64,000 bases of DNA from Lama glama (lineage: Eukaryota). The notes under the pieces were generated by a model, which ran no database searches, had not been told where the DNA came from, and was given only the letters and a program-made list of their open reading frames with translations. A program made the position numbers and the translations under genes. Of this stretch, positions 26,633 through 38,569 are shown one piece after another. The stretch spans positions 105,154,001-105,218,000 of the forward strand of contig CM052817.1 of the NCBI GenBank assembly GCA_028534125.1, read 5' to 3'. Within the stretch, counting starts at the first letter, position 1; every line of letters starts with the position of its first letter.

Positions 26633-28717
26633 ATTTTGCCTGAAAAATAATCTTGAGCTTTTACTGGTCTGGTACCTGTTCACAGCTACTTGTATACCAT
26701 GATGTCTACAACATCAGTGACTGAGGTTCTGAAACTGGCTGTGTGGACCCCCAAATAACCTAGAGAATTATCATTACAAGATTACTTGCCTGTGTTTATA
26801 CCAGGTCAGAATATAATCAATTTTTTTTCTCTTTTCTTTCACATTGCCTCTTCCTAAAACCACTGCTTTATCCACTGCTTTATGTCAGTACAGGATCCTC
26901 ATATGTCCCTGTAAAAGTTTTATTGTTCTACAATCTGACCTGTTTCTTCCATTTAATTTTCAAAATGGAAATATTTTATTTAAAAAGAAGAGGAAAAAAG
27001 AAGCTGAGGGGTTGAGGAGGAATAAAAAAAAAAGGCAGGTTCCAAATTGTGCATGCCTTTTACTTGATTAATATTCTGGTGCCATGTCCTCCTAAATAAT
27101 CAGATCCCAAACCGATTTTCTACATGAACTTAACAGTGAAGGTCGTAGGAAATGTCCTCCACGTTCTACTCCTATCTCACAGTAGTAAAAAGAGGGCAGT
27201 GCATTGTGATGCAGATTTGCTGCAATGTTCCGCCTAGTTCCCTAGCAGACAGTTTCCCATGAATATCATTATCCTGCCCATAAAAAGAAGTGCAGGTAAT
27301 AATGGGCAACACACTACCCACAATAAAAAGAAATGCCCTCCCAGCTACCAAATGCAAACACCTGACATTTGAATGTTTGGGAACAGCCAATCGGCGCAGA
27401 GAAGCAAGACAATGGGATATTAAGTTACACTTTAAGGCTTTAGAAAGAAAGTTTAGCATTACCACTGAGGGAGATTGAACTAAGCTTGGTATTTGGAAAA
27501 GGTTATGTATTTGAGAGCTACAGTAAAATATGAAACGCTATGGAGATGAGTGTACGATTCAGAAGCAGTATCAAGAACAAGTCTTACAGGTCTTTCTTTA
27601 AAAAAAAGTAACATACAGTAAATGAGGCAGTTTCATATTTTTCTGTTCTTTGAAAATAAAATCTTGAAGTGAAAATGTATGTACTCTATAGCATTCAATA
27701 CATATTGTACTAAGGCATTATTTTAACAGTAAATTAGTATTCTCAGAAGAAAGGTAGATGCTCATTTAATTTATAACTGAATTGTTTTTAATAAAATTTA
27801 TTTGCATAAACTAATGTGAACTATATATTAAACTATAAGGACTATTAGCAAATAACTGTTGTCATCAAAAGAAAAATAGAATTCAGACCTCAAATCTAGA
27901 AATTCTGAATGAATAGTAAAACTACAAGAGTCAGACTTATGCTAAATTTTCACGTGATTTTAAAAGAAAATATGCCAAGATAAGCATTCTATATCTAATA
28001 TTTTGTCATGTGAACATTTAAGTCATGAATACAAAATAAGAATGCTAATTTTGAAGTAAATGTTCTTTATTAGTTGTTAAGAGATCAATGATCATTTGTT
28101 ACTTATTTTAAACTTTGACTGTATTGCTGTCTAAAGTGATCACGAATTATTCTGACATTTAAAAACCTCATAATTATTTTAGACAACAAAAGGACAGCTA
28201 TAAACTCTGGACAGAATATGGAATAAAACTATCTGACGGGGGCTCTGATGAGTGAATACATGCAGGGAGAATTTGGAGGAGTTCAGCCTGAAAGGAAGTG
28301 GCACCCATGAATGCATTTCCTCTTTTAGGGCAGGAGTGGCTGATGGACCAAAAGGAAGTACAGCTGTATTTCTAGAAGAAAGAATCAAAGAAAAGGAGCC
28401 TGGAGAATCAGGGTCACCAGACAGGAATCAGCAAACCCTGGGAATGAAAGAACCAGAGAAAGAAACTCCAAACTCTACATGTGAGTTTGCTAAGATTGTG
28501 TGCATGCACAGGAGAAGCCAAAAGTCAACCGATTGGAGATCTGAGCTCCCACTTACCAAAGGTACAGCAGACTTTTGGTCCAACCTAGATTTTGCTAAAC
28601 AAAAACATCAACTCCATTCAAAACAATGTAAAACAATTCAGAATGTCCATGGTACATGGCTTTCAGTGTCTAGGACACAGTCACAAGTTATATGGCACAT
28701 AAAAATTAAAGTAAACG

Positions 28718-29234
28718 TGTTACCGAGTCCAAACTCATTCTGTTCGCCGCAGGACAGACTAGTAAATCGGGAGGTGAGGTGCTGGGACAAGGAATAACAA
28801 CTTTATTCAGAAAGCCAGCAGACCAAAAAAGATGGGGGACTAATATCCTAGAGAACCATCTCACCAAGTCAGAATTCCGGCCCCTTTTATACTAAAAAAG
28901 GAGAGGGGATATGTTTGGTTGTTGCAAACTCTTAGGGTCAGATTCCTGCATTCTTGCAGCTGTCTGACAGGTCAGGTCACAGTGTCCCTGTAAACCTCCA
29001 ACAAGACAAATGTTATTTTCTATTTTGCAACCTTTTATCTGTATATGAATGGGCAATTGTTATACCCTTAAAGGTCAGAGCCTTGAGAATGGGCTCTCCT
29101 GTCTGTTTCAGGCTCCAGGCAACATTCTTTTAGAAAAGGTGCAGAACCAGGTGCTGAGCCCAGGAAACAGAGCCCAGGGTTAGAGCTAAAGGAACAGGTC
29201 TAATATGGAGTCAGATGTGTTCTTCCCTACTACA
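28718..29234 (-). mobile_element. Solo ERV LTR (ERV1-like), 517 bp
   Basis: Termini TGTTA...CTACA. On the minus strand TATAAAAG (28884-28891) lies upstream of AATAAA (28802-28807). GC-richer than the host L1. Confidence 0.8.
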
Positions 29235-30372
29235 CATGGCATAATTCTGTCAAGAATGTGAAGAGCAACAGACACCAAGTGACCCAGAGGTGGGTTTTAT
29301 CAGGCAAAGGCTTCAAAGCAGTTCTTAATATTTGTAATTGAAGAAAATGACTTAAATATAGAAAATTTCACTAAAGAAATAGAAAATATTTTTAAATGGA
29401 AAATTTAGAATGGGAAAAATGTAATCTCTGAAATGAAATATTGAGAGGCAGGGATTCATGGCAGAAAGGAGATGCCGGAGGAAAGGTTTAGGAAGTTGGA
29501 AGATAGATTAATAATAATATCACTCAATCTGAAGAAGAGAGAAACAATTAATGAAGAAAATGGTCAGAGCCCCTGAGATGTGTGGCATACAATTTCCCAT
29601 TTTATTCACTCATTTTTCTACATACAGGTAATTGAAATGCCAAAAGAAGAAAGGTGAGCAAATTGAACAAATAAAATGTTCGTACAAATAATAGCTGAAT
29701 ATCCCCCAAATGAGAGAAAAACAGATTTATAGATTCAAGAGGCTCATCAAAACAGGATAAATAAAAACACACACACACACACCCCAAGTACCTCAAAGTT
29801 AATAGAAATGCTTGAAAAGCCAATATTAATAGACATGCTTGAAATACATTGGAAAAATACACATTAAATATAGGGGAACAATTATTATAATGACCTCTGA
29901 CTTCTGTGCTGAAACTATGCAGGACAAAGAGACTGGAAAAACATTTTTAAGACTAAAATTAAAAAAAAAATCTAAGGTGAAGTAGATTTAAATAAAGAAA
30001 ATCTAGGAGAAGCTGTTGATATCAAATCCCCATTAAAAGAGAGAAATGTTAAATAAACATAATTTAATTAGTTATTCCAGAGGAAAATTCTAATCTTTAA
30101 GAATGAGTAATGAATATAATAAGTGGTAAACGTCTGGATGAATGTAAATATAAACTATATATATATAAAAATATACATGTGACAAATACTTGTATGTAAA
30201 ACAAATAATATACATGGAACTATGGCAAATTAAAGCACACTTTTGAAAAACATGTAAAGATCAAGTCCAAATCTGATAAGGAATCATAAACTTACAAAGT
30301 AAATTTAAATGAAAGAATAAATTTGGAAAAAAAATACCCAATTTCGACATGTACATTTAAAGTAATCAAGAC

Positions 30373-30566
30373 TCCGTGTTCACATACTTTTTCTTAGCAT
30401 TTGTAGGCCACACTGGTGTCTTCACATTTACAGTGGTAGAGTTCTACCACTGTAGCATGAAAGCTGAATAAATATGCAAACAATTCAGATTCCTGTGTTC
30501 TAATAAAACTTTATAAAAAATAGCAGCAGGCCCAATTTGCTTGTGGGTCATTGTTTGGTGACTCTG
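30373..30566 (+). mobile_element. MER58A-like hAT-Charlie MITE
   Basis: CTGTGTTCTAATAAAACTTTAT...GGCCCAATTTGCTTGTGGGTCATTGTTTGGTGACTCTG. 8-bp TSD ATCAAGAC at 30365-30372 and 30567-30574. Confidence 0.85.
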
Positions 30567-30764
30567 ATCAAGACTGTGGAATTGTCAGAAGGCTAAACCT
30601 ATAGACTGATAGAACCAAATAGAAGCCAAAGTAGACCCATTTATTTGGTCAACAAAAATGCTAAATCAATTCATTGGTGAACATTTGGTAGAAATTTCTT
30701 GATATAGTTACAATTTGCATTTCCCATGTAATGATGTTGGACATCATTTGTTTTTAAGAAATGT

Positions 30765-30963
30765 TTTTAAACATTTTTGATTGAGTAATAGTCATTTTAC
30801 AATGTTGTGTCAAATTCCAGTGTAGAGCACCATTTTTCAATTATACATGAACATACATATATTCGTCACATTTTTTTTTTGCTGTGAGTACCACAAGATC
30901 TTGTATATATTTCCCTGTGCTATACAGTATAATCTTGTTTATCTATTCTACATATGCCTATAA
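30765..30963 (-). mobile_element. Young L1 3'UTR fragment
   Basis: Reverse complement of the same 3'UTR seen at ~2280-2470 (ACAATGTTGTGTCAAATTCCAGTG). Probable TSD at 30750-30764 and 30964-30978 (13/15 match). Confidence 0.9.
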
Positions 30964-31029
30964 GTTCTTAAGAAATTTAATGAAGTCTTTGTTAAAATCT
31001 ACTTTTAGTGAAAATTTTAGGACTGGCAG

Positions 31030-31760
31030 TGAAAATTTGATGCAGATGTGGAGAAACGGGAACTCATATATTGTCAATGAGAATATAAATTACACATGAT
31101 TTTAAGAAATGATTTGGCAGTTTCTTAAAATGTTAAACACCTACCATATTACCCAACAATTTTATCCCAAGTTATTTATACAAAGGAAATGAAAAGATAA
31201 GTCTAAACAAAGACTTATAACTGAATTTTCATAAAAGATTGATTCATAACAGTTCAGTTTGAAAAGGTCCTGTGTGTATGGATTGATGTGATGGATAAAC
31301 CAACTATGGCATCTCCATCCAATAGAATAATACTTAGCAATGAGAAGTAACAAACCTCTGAAACAAGCAAGAACATGGATGAATGTCAAAATCATTTCAC
31401 TGACTGAAAGAAATCATATATGTGACTTCTTTCAGTATATAATATATAATTTTATTATATATTAATTATATATAATTATTATCATTATAATTATATATAT
31501 TTAATATATATAATTTTAGAAAATAAAATCTAATTTATGGTGGCCACAAAACAATCAGTGGTTGCTTATGATTGGAGACGAAGGGAAAAGTGAACTTTAA
31601 TAAAGAATCTTAAAGGGGATCTTTCAGAGGAAATGGGCATGTCTTCTATTTTGAGTCCGGTGATGACTTTATAGCAGTATATAATTTAAAAAACTCATCA
31701 CGTTTTTTATGTTAAATGTGCACAGTTCACCACACTCAATTTATATCTGAATAAAATTCC
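31030..31760 (+). mobile_element. Old L1 (L1MD/ME-like) 3' end
   Basis: GATGTGGAGAAACGGGAACTCATAT...TTTGGCAGTTTCTTAAAATGTTAAAC...AACATGGATGAATGTCAAAATCATT. Confidence 0.8.
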
Positions 31761-33271
31761 TATCAATGAAAATTGCATAATAAATATGTTCTTCCCACGT
31801 AAACCTCATTTAGAAAAATGTTTGTAAAGTACTATGCAAAAAAGAGAACTATTTTTGTAGTTAATTCTGTTCTAGTATTTGAAAGAACTTCTGTGAAATA
31901 GCAGTCCAGCAACTTACAGTGAGTTGAAATGCATCATGCTAAAACTCTGAGAAAGGGCTTGTGTATTGATTTCACCGGGATAAGGAGAGTCCACTTTTGT
32001 AACAATCAGAGTCCCGTCAGTAACAGAAATCACACAGAAATTTGAAGAAGGAACAATTAATACAAAGATTATTTGATGATTAAAAGGATTGGACTACTGT
32101 TAACTAGCAACAAGATAGCCTAATAAGATAGAAAGGCAGAGACAAGATAAAGAGAATTCTAGGGAATATAGAAACAGCAGTTACAGGGCTAGGGAGTAAC
32201 AAGGTCTGATGGTAAGAATACCCTTATGTCACCACCGTAGACGGCAGATAATAACAGTAGAGTGATGTGCAAAATGTGAATAAACAAAGCACGGTCCGAT
32301 CTGAGCTTACACAGAATTTTAACTTGGTGGATTAACTGCTGGTCTTAATTCTTTATTTATTTTTTGTCACACACAGAACAGAGAGACATTTGACAATAGT
32401 GTCTGATTTACAAAGTTATGTACAAGCACCTTGCTTTCTAGCTGATTCCATTCTCATAGGCAGCCTTATGTTTCCAGTTTTTGTTTTTTTTAATATTACT
32501 TTCCTTAGAGAAAAAAAGACATATTTGGTTACACATTATTTTATATACTACAGTAGACAGTGGCTTGCTTTCCTGTACTTACAGAATCAAAATTGTCCCC
32601 AAGGGATCATCTAATGTGATCTCACATCTTTATAATCTGATTCTATTAAATTTTTGATGCACACCACTCATCCTTACTCTGTAAAGTCAAGGCTCTTAAA
32701 TGGGTTCTCTACTTCCATTACTCTTCTTTTATCTTAAACCTAGCCTCTTATATTCCAATTTATGTATGTTATTAGGTATTATTGCTTCATGTTCATTGGG
32801 ATCAATATTTGGCTGGTTAAGGTAAAGCATTGGCTCAGGCAGATCATTAACAAAATTACACTATATATCATTAGCATTGCTTTTACATTTAAAACATAAA
32901 AGAGTACATTCATTCAATAATCTTTTATGTAGAGTCTATTTTCCCGTAGGTGTGATCTTAATAATGACTAACATTTTTCATCTTTCGTTTATAAATTACA
33001 CCCGTGGAACATCACCTACTATATTCAGTTGAGTTCTCTAAGCTAAGTGTAATTCTAAAGACAATGGCAAAGTAATCTGAAATCATTATGGTTCTATATT
33101 TCTATTTTTTCTAATAATTTATCTTTTGGCCTACTCTTAAATTTAGTTATATTTTAGTAACTTACCTTTATGAAGCAAACACAGAACCAACAGAATTTGC
33201 AAAACGGACAGAATTTAAAATAAACAATCATATTCTTTCACTTCTCATTCCCTCCATTGGCTTATGTACTA

Positions 33272-34551
33272 CATGCATGCTTCTTTTTGTTGTGTTAAAC
33301 TTTATTCTTCTTCACAGACTATTTTTTTTTCCTAAATTGAATGTTCGTGGCATCGAGCATTTTTCCAACAGCATTTGCTCATTGTCTCTGCGTCCCGTTG
33401 TGGTAAGTCTCAGAATATTTCAACCTTTTTGTCAATATCATATCTGTGTTCAGTGATCACACCTTCAGTGTGGTGCCCTTGCTCAAGTGTTCCCACTAGT
33501 GGTGGAGCCTTACAATGCACCCTCTCAGTCCACCAGCTCTTAGAAACCACAGATGAGACCTATTGCACTGATAACAATGCCTTCTATAACATCTGCCCCC
33601 AAACCCTAAAGCCAACCACATCACCTGCACTTCCTGGGACAATTCGGTGCTGATCTGTGTGAGCGCAATGTGAACATGGTGCCCTTCCCTTGCCTGCATT
33701 TCTTCATCCTGGTTTCACCCCACTGATCACCAGGGGTAGCCAGTAGTACCAGGCCCTTAAGGTGCTCGAGCTCATCCTGCAGATATCTCACTCCAAGAAC
33801 ACGATGTCTGCCTGCGATCCCCATCACAGCCACTAACTGACCTTGGCTGCCCCGTTCAGTGGCTGGGCCACATGTCCATGCAGGAGGAAGATGTGTATAG
33901 GTGTTTAACTCTGAAACAAGAACAGCTGTTTCGTCAACTAGATCCCCAACTGTGTGAAAGCAGTGCTCCGTGACATCCCACCCGAGCTGCAAAGAAAGTC
34001 TACCACCTTCATCGGCAACAACCGCCTGGCCATCCAGAAGAATACATTCAGTACTCTCTGAGAAGTTCACAGTCATGTCCAGCACAAGGCATTCCTACAT
34101 TGGTGCACCAGTGAGGGCTGGATGAAATGGAGTTCACCTAGGCTGAGAGCAACACGAATGCCCCAGTGTTCGAGTCCTAGCAGCACCGGGACACCATGAC
34201 TAAGGAAGAGGGCAAGCTGTCTTATTTTAAAAAATTGCCACAGCCACCCCAGCCTTCAGCAACACCACCATCTGTCAGCAGCTATCAGCATCAAGGCAAG
34301 GCACTCCACCAGCAAAAACATCATGACTTACTGAAAGCTCAGATGATGGTTAGCATTTTTAGCAAAGTATTCTTTCAATTAAGATATATACATTGCTTTT
34401 TTAGACAATGCTACTGCACTTAGACTACAGTGTGGTGTAAACTTTTAAATGCACTGGGAATCCCCAGAATTTGTGTGACTCCCTTTATTTTGGTATTTGC
34501 TTTATTGCCGTGGTCTGGAATCAAGCTTGCAATGTCTCCAAGGTATGCCTG
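33272..34551 (+). mobile_element. Non-autonomous Tigger1 derivative carrying a beta-tubulin fragment
   Basis: Left arm 33272-33458 matches the Tigger1 5' end (CATTTTTCCAACAGCATTTGCTCA...ATATTTCAA...CAGTGATC). Right arm 34217-34551 matches the Tigger1 3' end (TGTCTTATTTTAAAAAATTGCCACAGCCACCCCAGCCTTCAGCAAC...AGGTATGCCTG). TA at 33270-33271 and 34552-34553. Confidence 0.9.
33459..34216 (+). pseudogene. TUBB: Beta-tubulin coding fragment (approx. residues 166-434), disrupted
   Basis: Translates in shifting frames to [67 protein letters not shown] and DEMEFT*AESN. It carries stops and frameshifts. The symbol denotes the family; the paralogue is not resolved. Confidence 0.95.
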
Positions 34552-37500
34552 TATTTCTTTAAATTATGTGGTACGATTATAAGTACAACTAATATAAATA
34601 AATCAAACAAAATAAAGTCATAGTAAGCATGTATTTCATCAAAGTTGCTCCTTAGCATACTAGAGAATAACCCAGTGTAATCTAGAAAATGTCCACATTG
34701 ACTATCAATCAATATGGAAAATAGATTAATAGTTGTGAAAATGACAGTCTTTTGAGTTGAAATTTTTTTGAGTTTCTACTAACTTATTCTTCCTGTTCCA
34801 ATATACACTAGCAAAATTGATCACTTAACATATTTAATGAATCTCTGCAAATATATACAACACAATGACATGAGGCATGTTTTACTGAAAGAAAAAGTAC
34901 CAACTTCAGAAATATTTACTCAAACATCCATCTATTTAATAGCTTACCTGACCATGTGTTTAATCTCTTCCTGTACACTGGTCACTGTGCTAACCACTGG
35001 AGGTTTTTCAGAGGGATAAATAATTCAAAGATTGGGTGGCTTCAAGTCCAGTTCCCCTAATGAAACAAGTGGTTTGGGGAAAAAAAAATCACTTTCTTTT
35101 GCCAATTGTCAATGTTTTCTTCCCTAAGATAGGAAGTATACATTAATCTGATGAAAACTAAACTAGTTAGTATGAGGATGAATCTCATGAATATTAATAT
35201 GAACAACTGTCAACAGTACTTGGTTTTATTAGCACTCAGTTTTTTTTAATGCTTTTGAAATTTAATAAAAAAGAGAAATAAAGACTGAGAGATAAGTAAG
35301 GATAATTTCAAACCATACGCAAGGTTGAGAGACACTGACCAAATAAGAGTCAGTAGAACTCACTTGGCCCTGAAGGGTACATTTTTGAGGTTTCTGAAGG
35401 AGAGGGGGAGTTTAAATTGCCCTGGTAAGCATTTTGCTGGTTTATTTTGCTCTGTTTACTTTCTCAGATATGAGATAATTATGATAGAGGTGAAGTCGTC
35501 CTTATCGAAGAGAAGAATCAAAAAATCTACCTAGACATGTAAAACGAGGACCTTATTGAGTTAAGAAAATGTTACTTAAGCTGCACCAGTATTTATCCAT
35601 GAAAACTTCCAAGTCACTGTAAGAATCCATGGTCTTGAATATATAAGGGTAATTACCACAGATGTCCTTTTAAATATTCTTCTCTGAAAAGCATGCCTTC
35701 CTCATCTAAAACACATAGTCATCAACACCATAAGAGATATGGAAAGAATGGATAGTTTTATTCACCGATAAGTTATAATTCTATTTTTAGATAAAAACAC
35801 TTCTTGTTGATATTAGTTCCTGTAATATTAAACTGAACTATTTTTGTTTTCAAATTAATCTCCAAGTGTAAATTATGTGATAAAATGCCAATTAATAGGA
35901 AGATATATTTATACCTTTGCTAGAAGTATAGCCTGAGTTGTCGCCAAGAATCTTTCTTGTGTGATTTATTTATTTTCTTCAATTACAAGTTTTAAGGTCA
36001 AGGTTTTAGAACTTTAGTGTCTTTCATACTTTTTAAACTGTTATTTTACCCTTAGAAAATAATTTTCTCTTCCTATGTTCGTAACAGATGATGTTGGGCT
36101 GTTCTGGGCCAGGCCAAGTGTAACTGAAACAAGAATTGGATATTATTAGGTAAATCCTGAACATATTATGTTTGGTGTGAATGTATTTAAGTCTACACAG
36201 TAACTAAATTTAGAAAAAAGGTTAACACTTTTATTAAACAAATATTTATAGATAGGTATGTCAGGTACTTTTCTACATACTGGGGATAAAGCAGGGAATA
36301 AAATATACAAAACTTCCAGTCCTTAAAGTGCTGCAAAGACATTTTATTTTTATTGTCATATGAATCTGGGTTTATAATAGGAAATCAAGAGATTGGGCAT
36401 TGAACATCTGAGGGAGTTTTGGATGGTTTAAACAATCTTATGCAACAAGAGCTTATGCAGGAAGAGGAAGGCAGAAGTCCAACTCAGCAAGCAGTACAGA
36501 TCAGCATCCAAAGACCAAACATAGAGCAGAATAAAAGGGGGATGAGTTCTGTACCAACAGGAGTAGTGAACTGGGGGGAATAAGGACTATCAGATGGCCG
36601 GTCCCTCAGTCTGACTCTCCCTCAATGGATGGAAATTTAGAGCAAAGCAAAGCTTCCCACAAAGCTTCCTAGATGATTGAAGCCACTGTCTGGCAAGGAG
36701 ACAATCAAGTTGGCATGCTTAAAAGTGGAATAAAAAATGTATACCCTTTCTTCCTTCAAGCCAGCTTTTAGAAATCAATTATTCCAGGTAATTTGCTAGA
36801 AGTTGACTTCTTCATTCATTGAATAAAAGGAAATTTGATTTAGTTTTAATTGTCATTAGAGAAAATAGTAAAAATATGCCAACTTTATGCTTTCTATTGA
36901 GTTATCAATGACACAGTCCTCGCATTCATTTCTTCCTTGTGTCATAGAAGGTTAACATTACATGAAAGCTGATTCATCCCTGAAGGTCTGCAGTTAAATC
37001 ACGTGAAGCTTGGCCTTGCAGGTCATAGGGTTAGGCAAGACTCACTTTGTCCTTCAGATTGTTGCTTTTGTACAATCATGACAGTTCAGTTGGACTTTGT
37101 TTTTGACAGCTCTATCATGTAATTTTCCAGAATGTGTTGAAGTGGAACCCAATATCATTGGCTTCATTAAGTAGATTTTCTGCCTGCTGGAACATACCAT
37201 GACTATTCTATTTATTTTTATAGCTCATGAAAAAAAATTGATTATTTCAATTCATGAAGTTCTTTTACAGATAATTTTCCAGAAGAGAAAGACCATACAT
37301 CAGTTACTAGATATGCTCATGATTGAGCATTTGAGACTTTGGTCTGTAAGGAACTGTCTATGCTGAGTTCCATGTTGGCATTACTGGCACCAGCATTTAA
37401 CAGGTAGAATACTGGCTTAAGGAATACGTGAGTGGAGGGAGAATTCTGTGGAGTAATTTAAAGAACATTCATGCAAAAGTCATCCGTAAGTCTAGAGAAT

Positions 37501-38569
37501 GAAAAAGGGAATTTCTAATATAAAACCAATTCATAATCTGAGAGGAAAAATGAAGCTGAGTCAAATACAAGTGCCAAGTGAAGAAACACTAGAGTCTTTG
37601 GACACAAGCCTGCTAGGGAGAGAATGCCGAGAGAAGGTTGTGGGTACAGAACTCAGAAGTCAGACACAGTTCATGGTATAGTCAGAGGGACACACAAGTT
37701 TTTCTGGCCAGGAAGCTACCCTGGAAAAGAAAACATTCATAGGGTTTAGGTATTAGAATAAAAAAAAACAAATCAGATATTAATTTGTTTTTTTTAAATA
37801 GTAGTTAACTTGAAATAAGAATTTGAAATTAAAGTATTAACTTTTATCAACATATGAATCAAAGTTCCTAGAAACTATGACAACTGGAAAAAGAAGCTAT
37901 TACGGGACATTATTGAAATTTTAAATGTTTTTCTGAGTACTTTTTGTTGTCTATCTTTGTTCCATCAGTAAAAGGTGGGAAATCTTTCTCTGAACATTCA
38001 AGCTGTAGTATTAATCAATCTATTTAACACACTGAACTTGAGAATTAAATAAATAAAATGCTCCATTAATATAAGAGAAACTTAAAGTACGGTGAGTTTA
38101 TGATTTTAACTGTATCAACTTAAGTTCTCATTTGCTTTTATCTTCCAGCAGTACTTTTTAGCATGAAGATATTGTATGTAGATAGAAATCAGGATGCTGA
38201 AATGTTAGGTAGGTTATGCAATAAAAAGAAAGTCTTAGAACTTCAGCATGAAAGGCCATCATACGATGTAAGATGAATTCTTTTATGTAGTCAGAGCACA
38301 GGCATACAGTGTTAAAACAAAGGGTACTGTGAATCAGGTACTAGACTGTATCCTGTGGCCACAGGCTGTACAGTCAAGCTAAATTTTTACAGTTTTTAAA
38401 ATTTTTCTGCCGGTCTCCATGAACCATAGACAAATATGATAAGAACCTCCTGATATGTCTCAAGTAGATCTTAATCAGCAGGTTAATTATGTGAGGTCAT
38501 TTGAAAATAAAACAAGTGATAGCTTCTGGGCTCTGGGTCTTTAAAAAAAAAAAAGAAAAAGAAACATAA

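Larger units (their letters stand above)
28190..30700 (+). mobile_element. Old L1 (5' region, ORF1 remnant, ORF2 piece) hosting nested insertions
   Basis: ORF1-like ATAGCTGAATATCCCCCAAAT...AGATTCAAGAGGCTCA at ~29690-29750. ORF2 GTAATCAAGACTGTG (VIKTV) is split by MER58A. Confidence 0.65.

Noticed and set aside
28252..28797. 181-aa ORF
   Set aside because: It has a GTG start and crosses from decayed L1 sequence into an LTR, so it is most likely a chance open frame.
31435..31520. AT-only quasi-palindromic tract
   Set aside because: It is a low-complexity TA expansion within an old L1.
33621..34085. 154-aa minus-strand ORF
   Set aside because: It is the antisense shadow of the GC-rich tubulin fragment.
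33459..34216. Functional tubulin gene or ordinary processed pseudogene
   Set aside because: Stops, frameshifts and the missing N-terminal third exclude function. The lack of UTR, poly(A) and TSD, and the enclosure by Tigger1 ends, argue against a simple retrocopy.
36999..37006. TCACGTGA E-box and other scattered CACGTG sites
   Set aside because: They are isolated short motifs with no clustering or other support.
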